60,265 bases of DNA, filler included, from Hausera hauseri (GCA_046269625.1; 10 parts of 10 records of this genome joined end to end with filler, not necessarily neighbours in it), one strand, 5' to 3'; shown: positions 1 through 13,200, numbered from the whole stretch's first letter. Notes: generated by a model from the letters alone, not told the origin. A program made the numbers and translations.

Positions 1-77
1 GGGGGGGAAGATCCTCCCACCGATCCACCAACCCCTCCAGTGTGACTACGCTCTCAGCACTACATCACCCCCCCCCC
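1..77 (-). repeat. Polypurine tract (68-77) and start of 3' LTR (1-64) of gypsy copy A
   Basis: Minus strand reads G10-TGA-TGTAGTG..., a PPT followed by the canonical TG LTR start, downstream of the pol stop at 144. Confidence 0.8.
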
Positions 78-143
78 GTGGCAAGATGGAAACTATAAAG
101 AAAGAAAATAAAGATATTATTGTAGGAAAAGAAGAACTTGTAC

Positions 144-3100
144 CTATTCGGTTTTGGTACGTGTTAAACGTTGGATTCCATCTATAAACTTCTCCCTGCT
201 GTACGTATTGAATGTCACTCTGCGTGCCTTACTCGATGGATTTGTGATGGGCTGTTGAGTGATATTTCGTGATGGAGATGATAGTGAATAAGAGTCAAGC
301 AAAAAAGGCGATGCAATTGGAGGTGATGTAAAGACATTTAGAATATCGCTAGGAGTGCTAGCTGAGTTTGAGTTGGAGGTAGAATTGGCATCTGGAATGT
401 CGTTAATGAAGAAAGCGGGCTTCAAGTTCGAAATATGGATGTTGTAAGGTTTATCTTGGCGTAAGATGGTTGCAGTGTGAGATGAAAGATTCAACATATT
501 GAGGTCTAAAACCAGAGGGAGATTGATCCTTGTGGGAATATATATCCTTAGGCATATAGAATTTGTTGTTATTGAAGAGGCGACAGAATGAATCTGAGCT
601 AACCCCGATGAAGTGAGATAGTGCCGCACGAATGTTTTCGCCTGTAGGGTTGTCGTCAAGATCAGAAAGCTCAAATAAGGCCCGAATTGGAGTCCCAAAT
701 AGTGCTTCGTCTGGAGTACAACCAGTAGTGGTAAAGTGCGTCTTGCGCCAACCTAGTAGAACAAATGGTAGAATGGACGTCCAATTACGATGAGTGTCAG
801 CCAATACTTTTAAGGAAACTTTTATTGTTCGATGGAACCTTTCAACAAGACCATTTGCTTGAGAATGATATGGTGTAGTATAAAAATTGGATATTCCCAA
901 GCGTTTGACAAGTGATTTTAAAAGTTCCGACTCAAATTGTGGACTTTTATCCGTTATTATGTAATGTGGGAAATCAAAGCGACTGATCCAGATTTTAATA
1001 AAGGCGTCGGCAACTAAATCAGTGTTCGTTGAACGAAGAGTAACGGCTTCAGGCCAGCGAGAAGCACGATCCATCATGGTAAGTATATGTTGATATCCGT
1101 TGTCTGAAGGTAAATGACCAACGTGATCAAGATGAACTGTATGAAAACGTGATGTACAGGGAAAATGGTACAGCGGCGGTTTAAGGTGTTTGTTGATTTT
1201 GTATTTTTGACAGGCTACACATTCCTTAACCTAGCCCTGTACATCTTTGCACATTGATGGCATATTACATGACGTTGAAGCAGGCGAAAGATTGCTTTCA
1301 AACCTGGATGATGGAGTGAATGCGTATAAACAAAAGCTGGCTTTTGTAAAGGTGGTGCTAGAATGATCTTTTTATTACCGATGTTCGAAGTATTATAAGC
1401 GATGCCACCGATGATCTCGAAAGATTTGAAGGAAATAAGGAGGTCAGCAGACGGTAGATTTGCCTTTAACATTTCGGATGAGAAAATTGGCTCAATTGTG
1501 ATGGAGTCAACCGACCCCGATAGAAAATCTGCTACCAGATTATCTGTGCCTGAGACGTGTTCCAAAACAAAGCTGAAAATAGACAGGTATGATATATGTC
1601 GCTCTTGCCTCGGTGATGGCTGTTTTAATGACATGATGTGCAGGAGAGGCTTGTGATCAGTTTGAATGACAAATGAACGAGAGAGAAGTAGATGTTTGAA
1701 ATGTTTTACTGCCAGAACTATCGCGAGTAACTCACGGTCAAATGTTGAATAACGGCTTTTGGGTTGCGTGAGCTTTCGGCAATAGAATTCTAATGGTTCA
1801 TCGACGCCGGTTGTATATTTGGTGTAATATCGCACCAGTTGGTGTGGTCGAGGCATCGGTGGTAAGTATAAGATCTGCGTTGGGTTTTGGATGGGCCAGT
1901 ATTTCGACGGATTTTAGGCCATCGCGTAAGTGGTCAAACTTAGTGACTAAATCAGGAGTCCAGTGAATCAACTGCCTCTTTTTTCCGGATGATAAATGTG
2001 CAAAAGGTGCTGTGAGCTCAGACCAATGAGGTACGTATTTGTGGATGAAGTGGAGTGTGCCTAAGAAGCTTCTCATGTCCGTGGTAGTCGTTGGTAGAGT
2101 TATGTTCTTCAATTGTTGTAGTCGATCCGGTTGTGGAGAGTGGCCGTGAGGAATGATGACGTGACCTAGGAAATTTACACGTTTCTGAAAGAAATGACAC
2201 TTGGAGAAGTTGACTTGCAAATTGCTATGATGTAATCTGTGAAAGATAGTACGAAGGTGCTCTTGATGTTGTTTGACAGACGTAGAGGCAACTAATGTGT
2301 CATCAATATATGGATCAGCGAAGTCAAGGCCTGTGAGTACGGTATCAATGTGCCGTTCGAAAGTTTGAGAAGCACTACGTAAACCAAATGGCATAAAGAT
2401 ATATTCGTAGAGGCCAAATGGAGTAATAATAGCAGTTTTTGCAATATCATCAGGTGCAACAGGAATTTGATTATATGCTTTATGCAAGTCAATTGTGGAG
2501 TACGTATTAGTGTTGGTAAGGCTGTGCAGGATGTCATGAGAGGTAAAGGATAAGCATCCATGACTGTTAGATTATTTAACTGGCGATACTCACCGCATGA
2601 TCTGTATGTGCCAACTTTCTTCGTCACAACATGCAAAGGCGAAGCCCATGGTTATTTGGATCGTCGAATAATGCCAGCCGTTGCGAGTTCATTGAACTCT
2701 GATTCAACGGCTTTTCGCCTACGAGATGACAGTGGTCTGACCTTTTGTCTGATAAGTCTTTGGTGTTCGGTGACTACGCGATGATAAGTTGTAGAATGCG
2801 GCTTGAAATTGACGTCCTTCTTGAGAGTACGGAAACAAGAAGTTTTGATGTAGGATTTAAGATTGGATTCCAACGAAAAGAATGATGAGAGCATATTATT
2901 GAGAGTCAGTGGCTGTAATTGATGTAGAATAACTAAACACTTCATTAATGACATTCGGTTCAACTGATTGTTTCAAAATTAATTTGTTCCCACTTGACGA
3001 AATTGAAAATATAGATGAAATGTTAAGCGTGTTGTTGTCAACTGATGAACAGGATGTCACATTGACATTTGAATGAACCGAGGAAGACAAAGTGTCCGAC

Positions 3101-3450
3101 TGGTAGTTTGATGATCATTTGGTAGAGTTTGCAATAAAGTTTCTGCGCAGAAGGCATTTATGCATGCAATCGACTAAAAAATCGTATGCAGCCAAGAAAT
3201 CGGAGCCTATTATGGGCGATTTGATGTTGGCTATATGAAATTTCCAGGTGAATTTCCCTGGTACGTTGTAGAATGTGAAAGTCAGTTCTGTGGTACCTAC
3301 AATGTTCAAAGGTTGATCACAGGCAGTGAAGAGTGGAGGATAAAAAACTGTGTTAGATGTAAGAGCAAAAACAAAAGAAGAAGTAAAAAAGCAGCTCCTG
3401 AATCATTAAGCAAATCAATGTGTGATGTGTCTCCAAATAACAGATCAGCT
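144..3450 (-). pseudogene. pol: gypsy pol remnant (PR-RT-RH-IN plus C-terminal tail), copy A
   Basis: ORF fragments 3115-3309, 2652-2963, 2292-2636, 1798-2487, 1215-1856, 451-1077 and 144-698 tile the pol domains in order. Confidence 0.92.
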
Positions 3451-3451
3451 T

Positions 3452-4480
3452 TCAACAGAAAGACTGCAGAGGCGGTGTTAAAACGGTCAGAAGATTGAGC
3501 GATGTTTCCTGCGCCAGGTGCCGTAGAATCTGGCGGTATTGAGTTTTTTGGAGGATTTGGAGGAAAGGAAGAAGATGAAGAAAAGCTAGGAGATTTTTAT
3601 TGTAATATATACAACCAGGCACACATGATCTGGCCTGTGACTGATATTTGTTGTGGTATATAAAAATAGTATTATTTACAGCGAATCGCTCACTAAAGAA
3701 TCGACAGCCCAAGAAACATTTCCTTGCTTCCTTTCGAAAACGTCTGTGGTAGAAACAGGTCATACGTCCGCCAGGTGAAATAGACCAAGAGTGCATCGAA
3801 GTGCTTCGTACCCGTGAACGTCTGGTTTCACTTCGTTGAGGCCCATTAAGATTATTTTGTTGGGTAGTAATGGCCAAAATCGATTGTTGTAGCGTGTCAA
3901 ACTGTTGCAGCATCATTTGCAATTGTTGAGTAAAGAATGTTGTATCTGTAGTTGGAGAACATGTGATTGCAGCAGCAACAGTGAGAGAACTGTTAGTATG
4001 AAAAATATCAAAGGATTTGTCGGCTATTATTGCCAGTTTTTCGATAGCAGTGGATTCGTCAAGAACAATTAGTAAGGTACTGATTGAGTTGGGCAAAGAC
4101 GATAACAGCGAATTAAATCCGCGTTATTCGTAGGGGTCAGTACAAGCGCGCTGAGCTGCAGAATGGCCGTTTGGAGAAAGTCGGATGGCTTTTGGTTTCC
4201 TATTGCGTGGTTAAAATACTTTTGTGTTATGTTGTCAATCGAAGGATCCGTGACATGCAGTACAGCTTCACAAGGTGTCTCGTAAGGTGTCGAGGATTGT
4301 AACAGAGGAAGAATTCAACACAAGGTATGTTTAACAAACCTCGTGTCTGTTGGGAATGTGGCAAACGATAGACGTTGCCTGTATTTGTGGATTTGTCATC
4401 CGATCAGGATGCATTTGGATCCGATCCACCCCGGAGGCGAAAATAGAGCATAAGGTGGATGACTGGACGTTCATGGCATA
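3452..4480 (-). pseudogene. gag: gypsy gag remnant with two CHCC-type knuckles, copy A
   Basis: ORF 3452-4096: LAIIADK, coiled-coil, CFYHRRFRKEARKCFLGC and IYHNKYQSQARSCVPGC. Confidence 0.85.
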
Positions 4481-5180
4481 CGAAAGACGAGTGAGTCGAC
4501 AAGATGTACAGTGATACCACGATGTGTGAAATAGAAATTGGCAGTGCCGACTGAGGAGAATAGAGAGGTGTATAGTAGCTCTGCCGCGGATATGAGTGGA
4601 GCCTTAATGGTCGTTGTGTTTATTGTTATTGAAGATAAGGAAAGAGAGTTACAACGAAGCAATTCCAGGAGAATGGTAAAATGTAAAAGGAGCTTGTGCG
4701 GTTTGCTTCCGTGTTAATAAGAGATATGGGTGTGCAGTCGGGATAGCGGTGGCAAGTGATGATTGGAGTAAAGGAGTATCCAAAGATATTAAGTTGAAAA
4801 ACCTTTTAAAGTGCAAGAGGGTGTGAACTATAAAGGATTTGTAAATGCAAAGAACATGGCCGCACCGGTAAACATAAATCAGTAAAAAGAACTTCACCCA
4901 CCTGTGTTTGAATATCTGAGTCCTGGCTGCCGACTTTGGCCACATCTGAAATGTTTTCCCCCATGGATCATCCTTGTTGATTAAATTGACGCAGGTCCCG
5001 TCGACACCTCACAAATATTTGTTCTTTCTTTCTAAGGTTTCAATAGTATTTCAACTAGACTTTTGCTGAACATTTTGATTTCCAAGTTGATATCCTGTTT
5101 TCAAGTCATCGTTTCGAATTTCTTAGCAGTCTTCTCCAATTCTTTGTTCTGTTCAGCCTTTTTCTTTTGCAATTCATCGA

Positions 5181-5280
5181 NNNNNNNNNNNNNNNNNNNN
5201 NNNNNNNNNNNNNNNNNNNNNNNNTTAATTAATTAANNNNNNNNNNNNNNNNNNNNNNNNNNNNNNNNNNNNNNNNNNNN
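5181..5280. other. Artificial contig linker (N44-TTAATTAATTAA-N44)
   Basis: Exactly 100 bp with a six-frame stop core; identical linkers occur nine times in the window. Confidence 0.99.
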
Positions 5281-5360
5281 GAAACGGAGGCCCGGCCGGA
5301 CCCAACCAAATTGGCCAAAAAACACTGGCCGGTGTGGGAACGACATTACCCCCCCCCCCC
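5281..5360 (-). repeat. Polypurine tract (5349-5360) and start of 3' LTR (5281-5345) of gypsy copy B
   Basis: Minus strand G12-TAA-TGTCG...; the sequence just upstream of the PPT (plus strand gtggcaa...aaactataaag) matches copy A. Confidence 0.8.
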
Positions 5361-8300
5361 GTGGCAAAGTGAAAACTATAAAGATTAAAACAGACGGAAA
5401 AAAACAGGCACTAAACGAAAAAGTGTAGGTGTCAGTCGGTCTTAGCGTGGACAAGACGTTGGGTGCCTTCTACTAATTTTTCCCCGCTATACTTGCTAAA
5501 TGTGACTCTGCGTGTTTTTTCTTTATGCGGTGTGTTTGCTTTCAGAGTTTGAAGTTGGGGACAAATTGTCGGATTTTGTTGTGAGTGTTGTGTTGTGCGA
5601 AGACGAGTCAGAATGAAGAGAATAAAAAGGTAAAGGAGGAAGAGAGATTGTTGAAGACGGATGGTTAAAGGTATTCAAGAGAGTTTTAGAAGACGAAGGA
5701 ATGATAAAAGGTGTAGCGGCGGATAAAGGAAGAGAGAAAAAGATGGAGTAGAAGTTGGAATTGAATTGTGTAAAAGAGTGGAAATGGAAGATGAAGCACA
5801 AGTAGCGGTAGAGAGAGGAAGAGAGATAGGGATAGAAGTAAAGAGAGAAGGAAGTTGAGAAGCGGAAATGAAACGGGTAAAAGACTGTGTGAGGAGAAAG
5901 GGAGAAAGAAAGCGCCGAAGATGAAAAAGATGTGGAAGGAGAAGGCGAGAGAAAGAAGACGACGAAGAAGGACAAAACGGAAGAGAATAAGAAGATGGAG
6001 AAGGCAAAGGAAAGTAGTTGGAAAGTGGTATGCAAGAGGTTGAAATGATGAAAGGGGTAGAAGGATAGATTGGTGAAGTCGAAGTGGTGTTTGATGGAGG
6101 AGGTATTCTAAGAGGAAAAAGCAGGTTGTCATCAGGGGATGAAAGAGGTGTGAAAAGGCTTGAAGGTGCAAAATCGGATGGGGAAAAAGAGTCTGAATTG
6201 TCAGAAGATATTGAAGTAGAAGTCTTTGGAGAAAACGTAGGTAAAAGTGGATTAAGAAATTGAGCAGAGATGGTAGATGAATTTTTGGATTGCTGCGCGT
6301 CATGTAAAGATGTTGGTGGAGAAGTGGTTTCGATGGGAGCAGTATCGTCAATAAAGAAATCCGGCTTAACGTTGTTGATGTAGACTGTTACTTCTTTGTC
6401 GTTTTTAAGAATGATGATGTTGTGAATGTAAACGAATTACTTTGTAAGGGCCAACATACTGAGGTTGAAAACCACACGGCGTCTGATACTTCAGCCATAC
6501 GAACTTGGCAGTATATAAATCGTCGAATATGTAAGGTTTATTTCCATGTAATAATCCACAAAATGAATCTTTACTGATGTCAACGAAGTGTCTCTGTGGC
6601 GCCTGTATGGTTTCGTTTGTAGGAATATTGTCCAGCTCAGCCAGCTCGAATAATGATCTGATAGAAGCACCAAATAATGCTTCTGCAGGTGAACAGCCTG
6701 TAGAAGTAGATAATGTGTTCCGCCAGCGCACTAAAACGTACGGAATGAGTGTAGTCCTACTGCGATTGGACTCAGCAAGGATTTTGAGAGACGTTTTCAT
6801 CGTTCGGAGAAAGCGTTCAAGAAGGACATTCGATTGAGGGTGATATGGTGACGTGTGAATGTGATTAATTCCCAATCGATTGACAAGAGCTTTAAACAAG
6901 TTGGATTTCAACTGTGGACCTAGGTCCGAAATGATGTGGCGAGGTGATCCAAACCTGCTGATCCAAGTGCGGATGAAAACGTCTGCGATTGTTTCTGTGT
7001 TGGTGCTCCGAAGCGGGACATCTCTGGCCATCGCGAGGAACGGTCCATCATTGTGAGGATGAACTGATAACCGTTGTATAAGGGTAGTGGGCCTACAATG
7101 TCAATGTGAACAGATTCAAAACGAGACGTGCAGGGAAAATTATATATTGGTGGCTTTAAGTGCTTAGTAACTTTGTATTTTTGGTACGCCACACACTATC
7201 TAACCCAAGCCTGCACGTCGGAGCGCATTGACGGCCATACTACTTGGTGTTGTAACAGTCAAAAAGTGGCCTTGGCACCAGGGTGGTGCAACGCATAACT
7301 GTTGTTGAGTGCTTCTTTTTGAAGCGACTCAGAAAGGATGACTTTAGGATTATTAGGTTTGAAGGTGTCAAGGGCCACACCGTCAATGGTTTTGCATGAA
7401 TTAAAAGATTTAAGGATGTCAGAAGGTGGCTGGTTTTGCTGAAGTTTGGATTAAGGGAAAATTGGTGCAAAATCAATCGATCTGACCGATCGGGACAAAA
7501 AGTCAGCTACTAAATTGTCGACTCCGTTTAAATGCTTAATTTAAAAATTAAATGTGAACAAATATGATATTTGCCTCTCCTGACATGGAGAAGGGGATTT
7601 CATGGTGAGAATTTGAAGCCAGGGCTTGTGGTCTGTTTGTATTGAAAAAGTTCTTGCAGTTAGCAGATGCTTAAAGTGTTTTACGGCAAGGACCATTGCA
7701 AGCAACTCTCTCTGAAAGGTAGAATATCTTTGCTCTTGTGCCGTAAATTTTCGAAAGAAAAATTCTAATGGCTCATGGGATCCATTTTTAACTTGATGGG
7801 GGACAGCATCTGCAGCTGTTGTGGATGCATCCGTAGTTATGAAGAGTTCTGCATAGGAATATGGATAGGCCAGGATTTCCACGGTTTTTAGATTACCTTT
7901 GAAGTGATCGAAAGCGTTGATTAGGGTGGCTGTCCATTGAATAGGCTGTTTTTTCTTGCCAAAGCTTAGTGATACAAATGGAGCGGTTAGTGTGGAGCAG
8001 TGTAGAATATACTTATGAATAAATTGCAAAGTTCCGAGGAAAGAACGCATCTCTGTTGATGTACGTGGTAGCTGTATGTTTTTGAGCTGTGTGATGCGCT
8101 CTGTCTTAGGTGAATGTCCGGAGCAGCTAATGACATGTCCTAGGAAGTTGACCTTATGTTGAAAAAAGAACATTTGGAGAAATTAATTTGCAAGTTGTTT
8201 TGGTGAAAGCGCTGGAAAATTAAACATAAGTGCTCGGAGTGTTGTTTTGAGGAATATGATGCAATTAGGATATCATCGATATAGGGATAAGCAAAGTCTA

Positions 8301-10000
8301 AACCTGAGAGAACTGTATCAATATGCCTTTGGAAGGTCTGGGAAGCGCTACGGAGTCCAAAAGGCATGAAAAGGCATTCGAAATGACCGAAAGGTGTAAT
8401 GACAGCCGTTTTCTGAATGTCTGCTGAGGCCACCGGAATTTGGTTGTATGCTTTATGCAAATCACTGCAGGAAAAAATGGTCAAACCATGGAGCCTGTGA
8501 AGGATACCGTTGATTAATGGTAGAGGGTAGGCATCCATTGTTATGATGTTGAGTTGGCTGTAATCACCGCATAGGCGAAAGGTACCATCTTTTTTTGGAA
8601 CCACATGCAGTGGTGAAGACCACGGGGATTCGGATCTTCTGGTTATTCCTGATTTTTCCAGTTCGTAAAACTTAGCCTCCACCGCCTGTCTGCGGCGAGG
8701 CAATAGCGGGCGGACCTTTTGACGTATTCGTCTTTGATCTGATGTTATTATGTGATGGAAGATGGATTGAAGTGGTACGAATGATTTGTCCTTTTGCAAC
8801 AGACGCGTGCAGGAAGACGAATATATTGCTATAAGTCATAGGGTAACAATAAAAAGTTATCAGGCGGTGTCGATGCATCGTGACTGGATGCAGTTGAGGT
8901 ATGAGTTGTAGACAAGGTATTGTGATAAAGTGGTATTTGGTGCAGGATCTTTGTGTTGAAGATGGTGTAGGCAGATGTAGTATTAGTAATAGGTGCCACG
9001 CAGTTGGCAATATCGTATTTGTTTCCGTAATAAAAATTTCTTTACAATGAATGATTATAAAAATAATTTAAATCGCAAGTCGTTTTCTTTATTATTGACT
9101 TGCTGGAAGCGATCGTCCGGATGGTTACCGAAATGCTGCTAATTTGATTAAAATTATTTCCGATCTATAAGGAATATCGTTTGCAGTCTACAAGTAAATT
9201 GTAGTGGGACAGAATGTCTGAACCCAATATAGGTGTGCGTACATTGGCTACTGTAAATTTCCATTGAATGTGTTTGGGAAATTTGGAAGGGTAAAAGTTA
9301 ATTTAGTAACACCAAAAGCTTGTAAAGTTTCACCGGACGCGGTGAACAGTTGATTTTTTGAAGCGAAATTGTTTTGGATGTTCTGTGTTTGTGGTAGTAA
9401 AGAGATTACTACGCTGGTGTCTATGAGAAAATTAATGTTTTGCTTTGTTGAAGTGACAACTGCTGCTTCCAACGTGAAAACGGCAAAAGAAATGTGTCGG
9501 CTTTCTTTTTATATGTTGTTGCCTTTGCTAGAACTTGCCGTGTGTCCTAGCGGCGAAATCAGTTTTTTGTAGCTGGTGAGTTTGGTCTGCTATTTTGTGT
9601 GAGTTTTGCAGTGTTGATTTTATTGTGCGTGTTGTAGTTACAGCCAGGTAGGAATTTTTGTGCTTTTATTCCAAATTTTGAGTGATAGATGCAAACGATG
9701 TTGCTTGTATTAAAATCGGGGAGTAAAATTTACAATCGATGCAGCATTTCTGAGCATTGTTACCAAATTTGTTGTGATAGTAGCAAATAGACGACCGCGT
9801 GGGTGAAGGCGACCGTCTTTGTCGTTGATGAAATATATTAGGGGAAGTAGCCCTAGAAAACCTCGTCGAGACAGCGTTAACTCATTTAATTTCTCATTTA
9901 TGTTATTGATTGTTTCTTGCAAAATTTGTTTGTCTGAGCGTAATTGCGCATTTGTTGCTGTAGCATTGCATTTTGTTGTTGGTGGTTTCTTGTTCATGCC
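5281..10000 (-). mobile_element. Degenerate Ty3/gypsy LTR retrotransposon, CsRn1-like (copy B)
   Basis: gag (ICYYHNKFGNNAQKCC ~9740-9790), protease (FLIDTS ~9420), RT 8140-8799 (YIDD), RNase H 7541-8173, integrase 6405-7192, long low-complexity tail 5432-6360. Confidence 0.95.
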
Positions 10001-10124
10001 GCAGAGACAGTTGGTGTTGTGTGTGAATGCAGCACTTCATAGGCTTTGTCCGCTAATTCGGTTAACTTTTCCAGTGCCATGGAGTCCTCGATCACAGTTA
10101 GCAAAGCTCTTATTTGAAGGGGCA

Positions 10125-10224
10125 NNNNNNNNNNNNNNNNNNNNNNNNNNNNNNNNNNNNNNNNNNNNTTAATTAATTAANNNNNNNNNNNNNNNNNNNN
10201 NNNNNNNNNNNNNNNNNNNNNNNN
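10125..10224. other. Artificial contig linker
   Basis: N44-TTAATTAATTAA-N44. Confidence 0.99.
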
Positions 10225-13200
10225 ATGCAATATTGGTGGAAACCGAAGGGATATAGTGGGTTATTGAAGGGGGAGAATGTGCGATGTCAAAACGAGTTTA
10301 TCATTTAAATATTATGTAGATCCACCAGTGGATGCTAGGTTGTTTGCGAATTTATTCTTGTAACAGTTATAATTAAGAGGTATTTTGGATAATATCACCG
10401 GTGTTTTCATTAGGGGGATTGGAGTTTTTAGTAGTTTGGTTTATTTTATCAGGTATATTAGTGGAATCTAATGGTTTTGATCTAGTTTTGTTGTGGGTGT
10501 TAAAGATAAAGTAACTAGCTTTTATGACTGCGGCCGACATACGCTCAGCGAGAGGCTTGACTTCGGTTGAGAGGAAACCTAGTTGTTTCAGGATGGGATT
10601 ATTTTGAGTTAACTAGCTCCCAAGACTGCAGACGACAAAAGTGGAGACATGCATGTTTCTATTGTTAAAGCCTAGTTGAGATGGGTACATTGATTTTAAG
10701 GGGGTGTATTTGGTGACATAATCTTTGGCAACTTGTTGGACGGTTCTGAGACTGTCAAAGGACGATTTTACATCTGTGATGAAAGGTTGACCAGTTTTCT
10801 GTATGACGAGGTCTGGAATGTAGGTCATGTGACGCCAGGAGTGTTTTTTCTCTCTAGCAACATTCAGGCCTTTTGCCAGGATAGCTTCTGTGAGAATATC
10901 TAGGACTTTGTCGTGACGAGAAGTAATTAATAGTTCATGGTGTTTACATAGGTTAAGTACATGTGGTTTTGATTCTTTATAATCATGGCATAGGCAGCAG
11001 TGGCGAGTTAGACATAGTTTATCCTGAAATCCTCGATGGTTTAGTGGGAGTAAGTTGTTTCTGGCGACATAGGCAAATCTCCACGTATCGGGACTGAGGA
11101 TTATAGATGACATAACTAGGTTAGAGTAACTATGAAGTGCTAGCATGTTGGCGCATTTTCCTTGGACTTTTTTAAGTTGAGCTTTAGATTTGATCAGAAG
11201 AGTTATGGTGATGGATTTGCCTTCGTGTGTGTTTGGAGTTTGGTTAATTGGTTTACGCCATTTCTCAAAGTAGTACGTGTGAATAAGTTTGTGAAGTTCT
11301 TTACAGCAGTTATCGGCTTTGGTGGGAAGAATTTCGAGATCTTGGCCCAGTCTGTGGACCATGAGGATTACGTCGTCATCAGCATCAAGTTCAAATTTGC
11401 ACGTTATTTCTTTGCGGCGGAGATGGAAGACTGAGTCGCGAATTTTTTTCCACCAAGTAGTGCTTGGAGCATGTTTTATTTCGGTAGAGGCGGAGCTTAT
11501 CCACCTCAAAGATTCAGAGAGTTCTATACTGTTGTGGAATCAGTCACGAATGACTCACAGTAGGTGGCATTTGGCAAAGTATCTAATGTTGTGGTCGTCG
11601 CTATTAAGGAGTTGATGAGCTTGCACAATATTTTGGATCACATATTCATCTTTCATGGACAGTAGGCCTAGTCCATCTTGGTCAGAGCCCACAAAGGGGA
11701 AATCTGTACCAGCATCGTTGGTTGAGGGTTTTAGGATTTTGTCTTTGAGAATGCACATGAATTTGGCATTAAAGTTTAGGTAAGTGAGATTGCCCGATTT
11801 ATGAGTAGTGTTACGTCCCAGTGATGTCTAGTTAATTACGCTGTTGCTGAAGTAGAATTGTGTGGTGGAGAAAATAAATGTTTTGTATGCGTGGATTTTT
11901 TGGGCTGGATGGAGAGCAGAGTCGGTAATGATGTTTCAGATTTCGAGATTGTGATGCAGTAGATCATCGAGTTTTTGTTTCTTTTGGTTGTCGAATGGAA
12001 CACCGAGGTATCTATAATATTCATCACCTATTATTGTAAGTACTATTTGTCCATTGATAAGTAGGTCCGGCATATCATCCTTTTTATTCATGCTAAAGTA
12101 GCTACATTTGCTAGGATTAAATGTGAGATTGACCTTAGATGCTAAGTCTACTATTTTATTGAGGTATTTTTGAAGGTCAGCGTGAGATTTTGCAAGGTAG
12201 ACTACATCGTCTGCGTATGCCAAAGAGCGTAATGGTTTGTAAAATAGTGTTACTGGATCGGTGATTGTTTGTTCAGTTTTGGTTAAGAGGAAGTTGATGA
12301 CAAGCGAAAAGATTGTCATGGATAAGGGACCACCTTGTCTAATACCACGTTTGATGTCTAGAGCAGGTAGAGTTTTTGAATGAGGAGTCTTATATGTGGG
12401 TTTAGACCCATTTTTCTAGAGCGTGATTGATGAAATGGTGTGGGGTTGAAGAGAATGCTTCCTTGAGATCAACGAAGCACATATGTACATGTTCTTTAGG
12501 ATATCGGACTACATATTCTTTGAGCGCTATCAACAAGAAATTATGTTTTGAGTATGCATTGGAGGCTCCGATGGCTTTTTGATAGGGACGTAAAAGGTCT
12601 CCAAAGGCTATCCATTCCATAAGGCGACTATTTATGAATTTGGTAAAGATACGGTAAGAGGTATCCAGGACCTCAATGGGACGCCATGAGGATATTAAAG
12701 TATGAGTAAGCTTCTTTACCTGGTTATGTATCAAGGTAGTTTTGAATGATTTCCATTATGTGGGGATGTCTAAGTTTAGAAGGACATGGTTGAATAACGT
12801 TTCCAGAGCAGTAAAATTAGGGTCTAATGTTTTCCAGTGTAAATATTCAATCTCATTTTCGCCAGGGCTGCTTTTTTGCATTTCTTGAAAGCCTTTTTGA
12901 TACCGTCAGTGGATATTGGTGAGTTGGTGAAGGATTCTTTGGCAGAGGGCGCATTATAGAAAGTATAGTTGATGTTTGGAATGTTTGGAGAGGTTTGTGT
13001 ATAGTGGCTAATCACCGCTTGTCTAGAGAAAAGTGAGAAGTTTATGGACGGGTGTAAGATTTTATTGAAGACAATTTTTGGAACTCTTTTGTATTTGAGT
13101 GTAAGGAGGAAATCAGATTGTTCCGTTTGACGAGTGTTTGTGATTGCGTGTCTGGTATTTTTTCAGTTGTTGGGAAGAGTTCTTTTTTGGCTCTTGCTGC

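Larger units (their letters stand above)
1..4700 (-). mobile_element. Degenerate Ty3/gypsy LTR retrotransposon, CsRn1-like (copy A)
   Basis: Minus-strand order gag (CFYHRRF..KCFLGC), protease (LLNDSGAA), RT ([20 protein letters not shown]), RNase H (TTDAS, YSTFDRELLA, TDHKPL), integrase (DRASRWPEA, YHSQANGLVERFHRTIK). Many frameshifts and stops; 5' limit approximate. Confidence 0.95.

Noticed and set aside
1-64. Gypsy copies A and B both stop about 64-65 nt into the LTR, suggesting ultra-short LTRs
   Set aside because: These are window or contig ends; assembly breaks at repeats explain it.
5523-6351. Overlapping hydrophobic ORFs resembling an env or membrane protein
   Set aside because: Products of a pyrimidine-rich low-complexity strand that is open in several frames; no signal peptide, furin site or Cys pattern.
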